Part shown: one piece after another, positions 62,978-64,000 of the stretch
How the letters are laid out: the number at the start of each line of letters is the position of its first letter
How positions within the stretch are numbered: the first letter of the stretch is position 1
Assembly: GCF_006345805.1 (NCBI RefSeq)
Contig: NC_043011.1
Location: 7,068,001-7,132,000 of the forward strand
Direction of reading: 5' to 3'
Source: Octopus sinensis
Lineage: Eukaryota
DNA length: 64,000 nt
Made by a program: the position numbers and the translations under genes
The notes under the pieces: generated by a model
Told to the model about the DNA's origin: nothing
Seen by the model: only the letters and a program-made list of their open reading frames with translations
The model's database searches: none

Positions 62978-63790
62978 AGGCGATTTTGGAGAAGCTGCCA
63001 TTAATTGATGTCGAGGCCGAGGGGAAGACGTTCGAGGCCCTTGTAGATACGGGCTGCACGACGACCCTTGTGACTTCAAGGGTGACGAAGAAATGGAATG
63101 GGGCAAGTAGCGTCCGGGTGGTCGACGGCAGCGAAATCCGTTGCAAAGGCAGCAGCAAGGTAGAGATAGTGGTGCGAGGCACAACACTAAGGCTGCAGGT
63201 AATTGTGGCTGAACGCGTGGTGATGGGGATGGATGCCATCAACCGCCTCAGTGGCATCAGTATTGTGGGAGATGAGGTCACATTCGGAAGCGTGGGGGCG
63301 TCGTGCTCTGCAAGTCAGGATCGGCAGAGAGAGCAGAGCCCCACGATGGACTGCGCTGCTTACACCATCGAGGACAAAGACTTTCAGGCGGCGTTCGATG
63401 GTCAGCGGTGGACGATAGAGTGGCGATGGAAGGACAAGTCCCCGAAGCTGAAAAACAGAGTGAGCTGCTACCAGCATACCCTGAAAGGCCACGCCAGGGT
63501 CGTGTTTGAAGACGAGGTGGAGAGGTGGATTGAGGAAGGAGTCCTTGTCCCTTGGGAGGAGGAGATAGCGGGCAGAGTGCTACCCCTGATGGCGGTGGTG
63601 CAGCCTATGAAGGGAAAAGTCAGACCGGTGCTGGACTTCAGGGAGCTAAACCAGCATGTATCGTGTCACACTGGAAGTGAGGCGATGGACGTTTGTGGCG
63701 AGACGTTACGTGCGTGGAGACAGTCGACAAAGGCAGCGACGATTGTCGACTTGAAATCGGCCTACTTGCAGCTCCATTTGAGCGACAAAC
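62923..63790 (+). mobile_element. pol: Gypsy pol 5' part: aspartic protease plus N-terminal reverse transcriptase, truncated
   Basis: ALVDTGCTTTLV protease site; RPVLDFRELN and IVDLKSAYLQ RT motifs. In the -1 frame relative to gag. Ends at an inverted LTR. Confidence 0.9.
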
Positions 63791-64000
63791 TGTGGTGTAT
63801 GCGAGAGATTCGGAATAAGGGCACCTACCTTCTCTTCACTCAGACGGAGACGTTTCAGCAGTAATGGATCCTTCAACACAGCCTGACCCGAACACTAGAA
63901 ATAGCAGCTGCTTCACCCTTACCTTAACAACGCGCTGTCCCGTCTTACTCACTCGGAGACCTCAATCGAAAAGGCAGAATCCTGCCCTACCAGCGCGCGT
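63791..64000 (-). mobile_element. Inverted LTR of the same Gypsy family, runs off the window
   Basis: Reverse complement of the LTR 3' end, starting tgtggtgtatgcgagagattcg. Confidence 0.9.

Overview
AT-rich, repeat-dense animal genomic DNA. The SINE and LINE families and (TA)n/(CA)n microsatellites suggest an octopod cephalopod (inference). The only host gene I can reconstruct is CFAP69 on the minus strand: 16 GT-AG exons from 58399 down to a TGA at 2418-2420, with matching phases, joining into an open frame of about 680 codons. The 5' exons lie beyond the window, and one 87-nt exon occurs twice inside an apparently identical 1043-bp tandem duplication. The introns contain at least four SINE or LINE-tail families, RTE-type LINE fragments, Tc1/mariner remnants, hAT- and piggyBac-like MITEs, non-autonomous Helitron/HINE-like elements and a rearranged Ty3/Gypsy LTR element (57130-64000). 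The most striking pattern, invisible in the ORF track, is more than 15 type I hammerhead-ribozyme-like motifs from several unrelated families. Many sit inside long palindromes. One 480-bp palindrome fuses a tRNA-like Pol III head to an intact hammerhead core on each arm (61006-61486), and one foldback of about 390 bp has a hammerhead at its tip (58484-58869). Also seen: an orphan antisense kelch-repeat exon with an in-frame TGA, and a 144-bp locally templated insertion inside a SINE. All structures were folded by eye, with no database searches, and repeat boundaries are approximate unless TSD or TIR positions are given.
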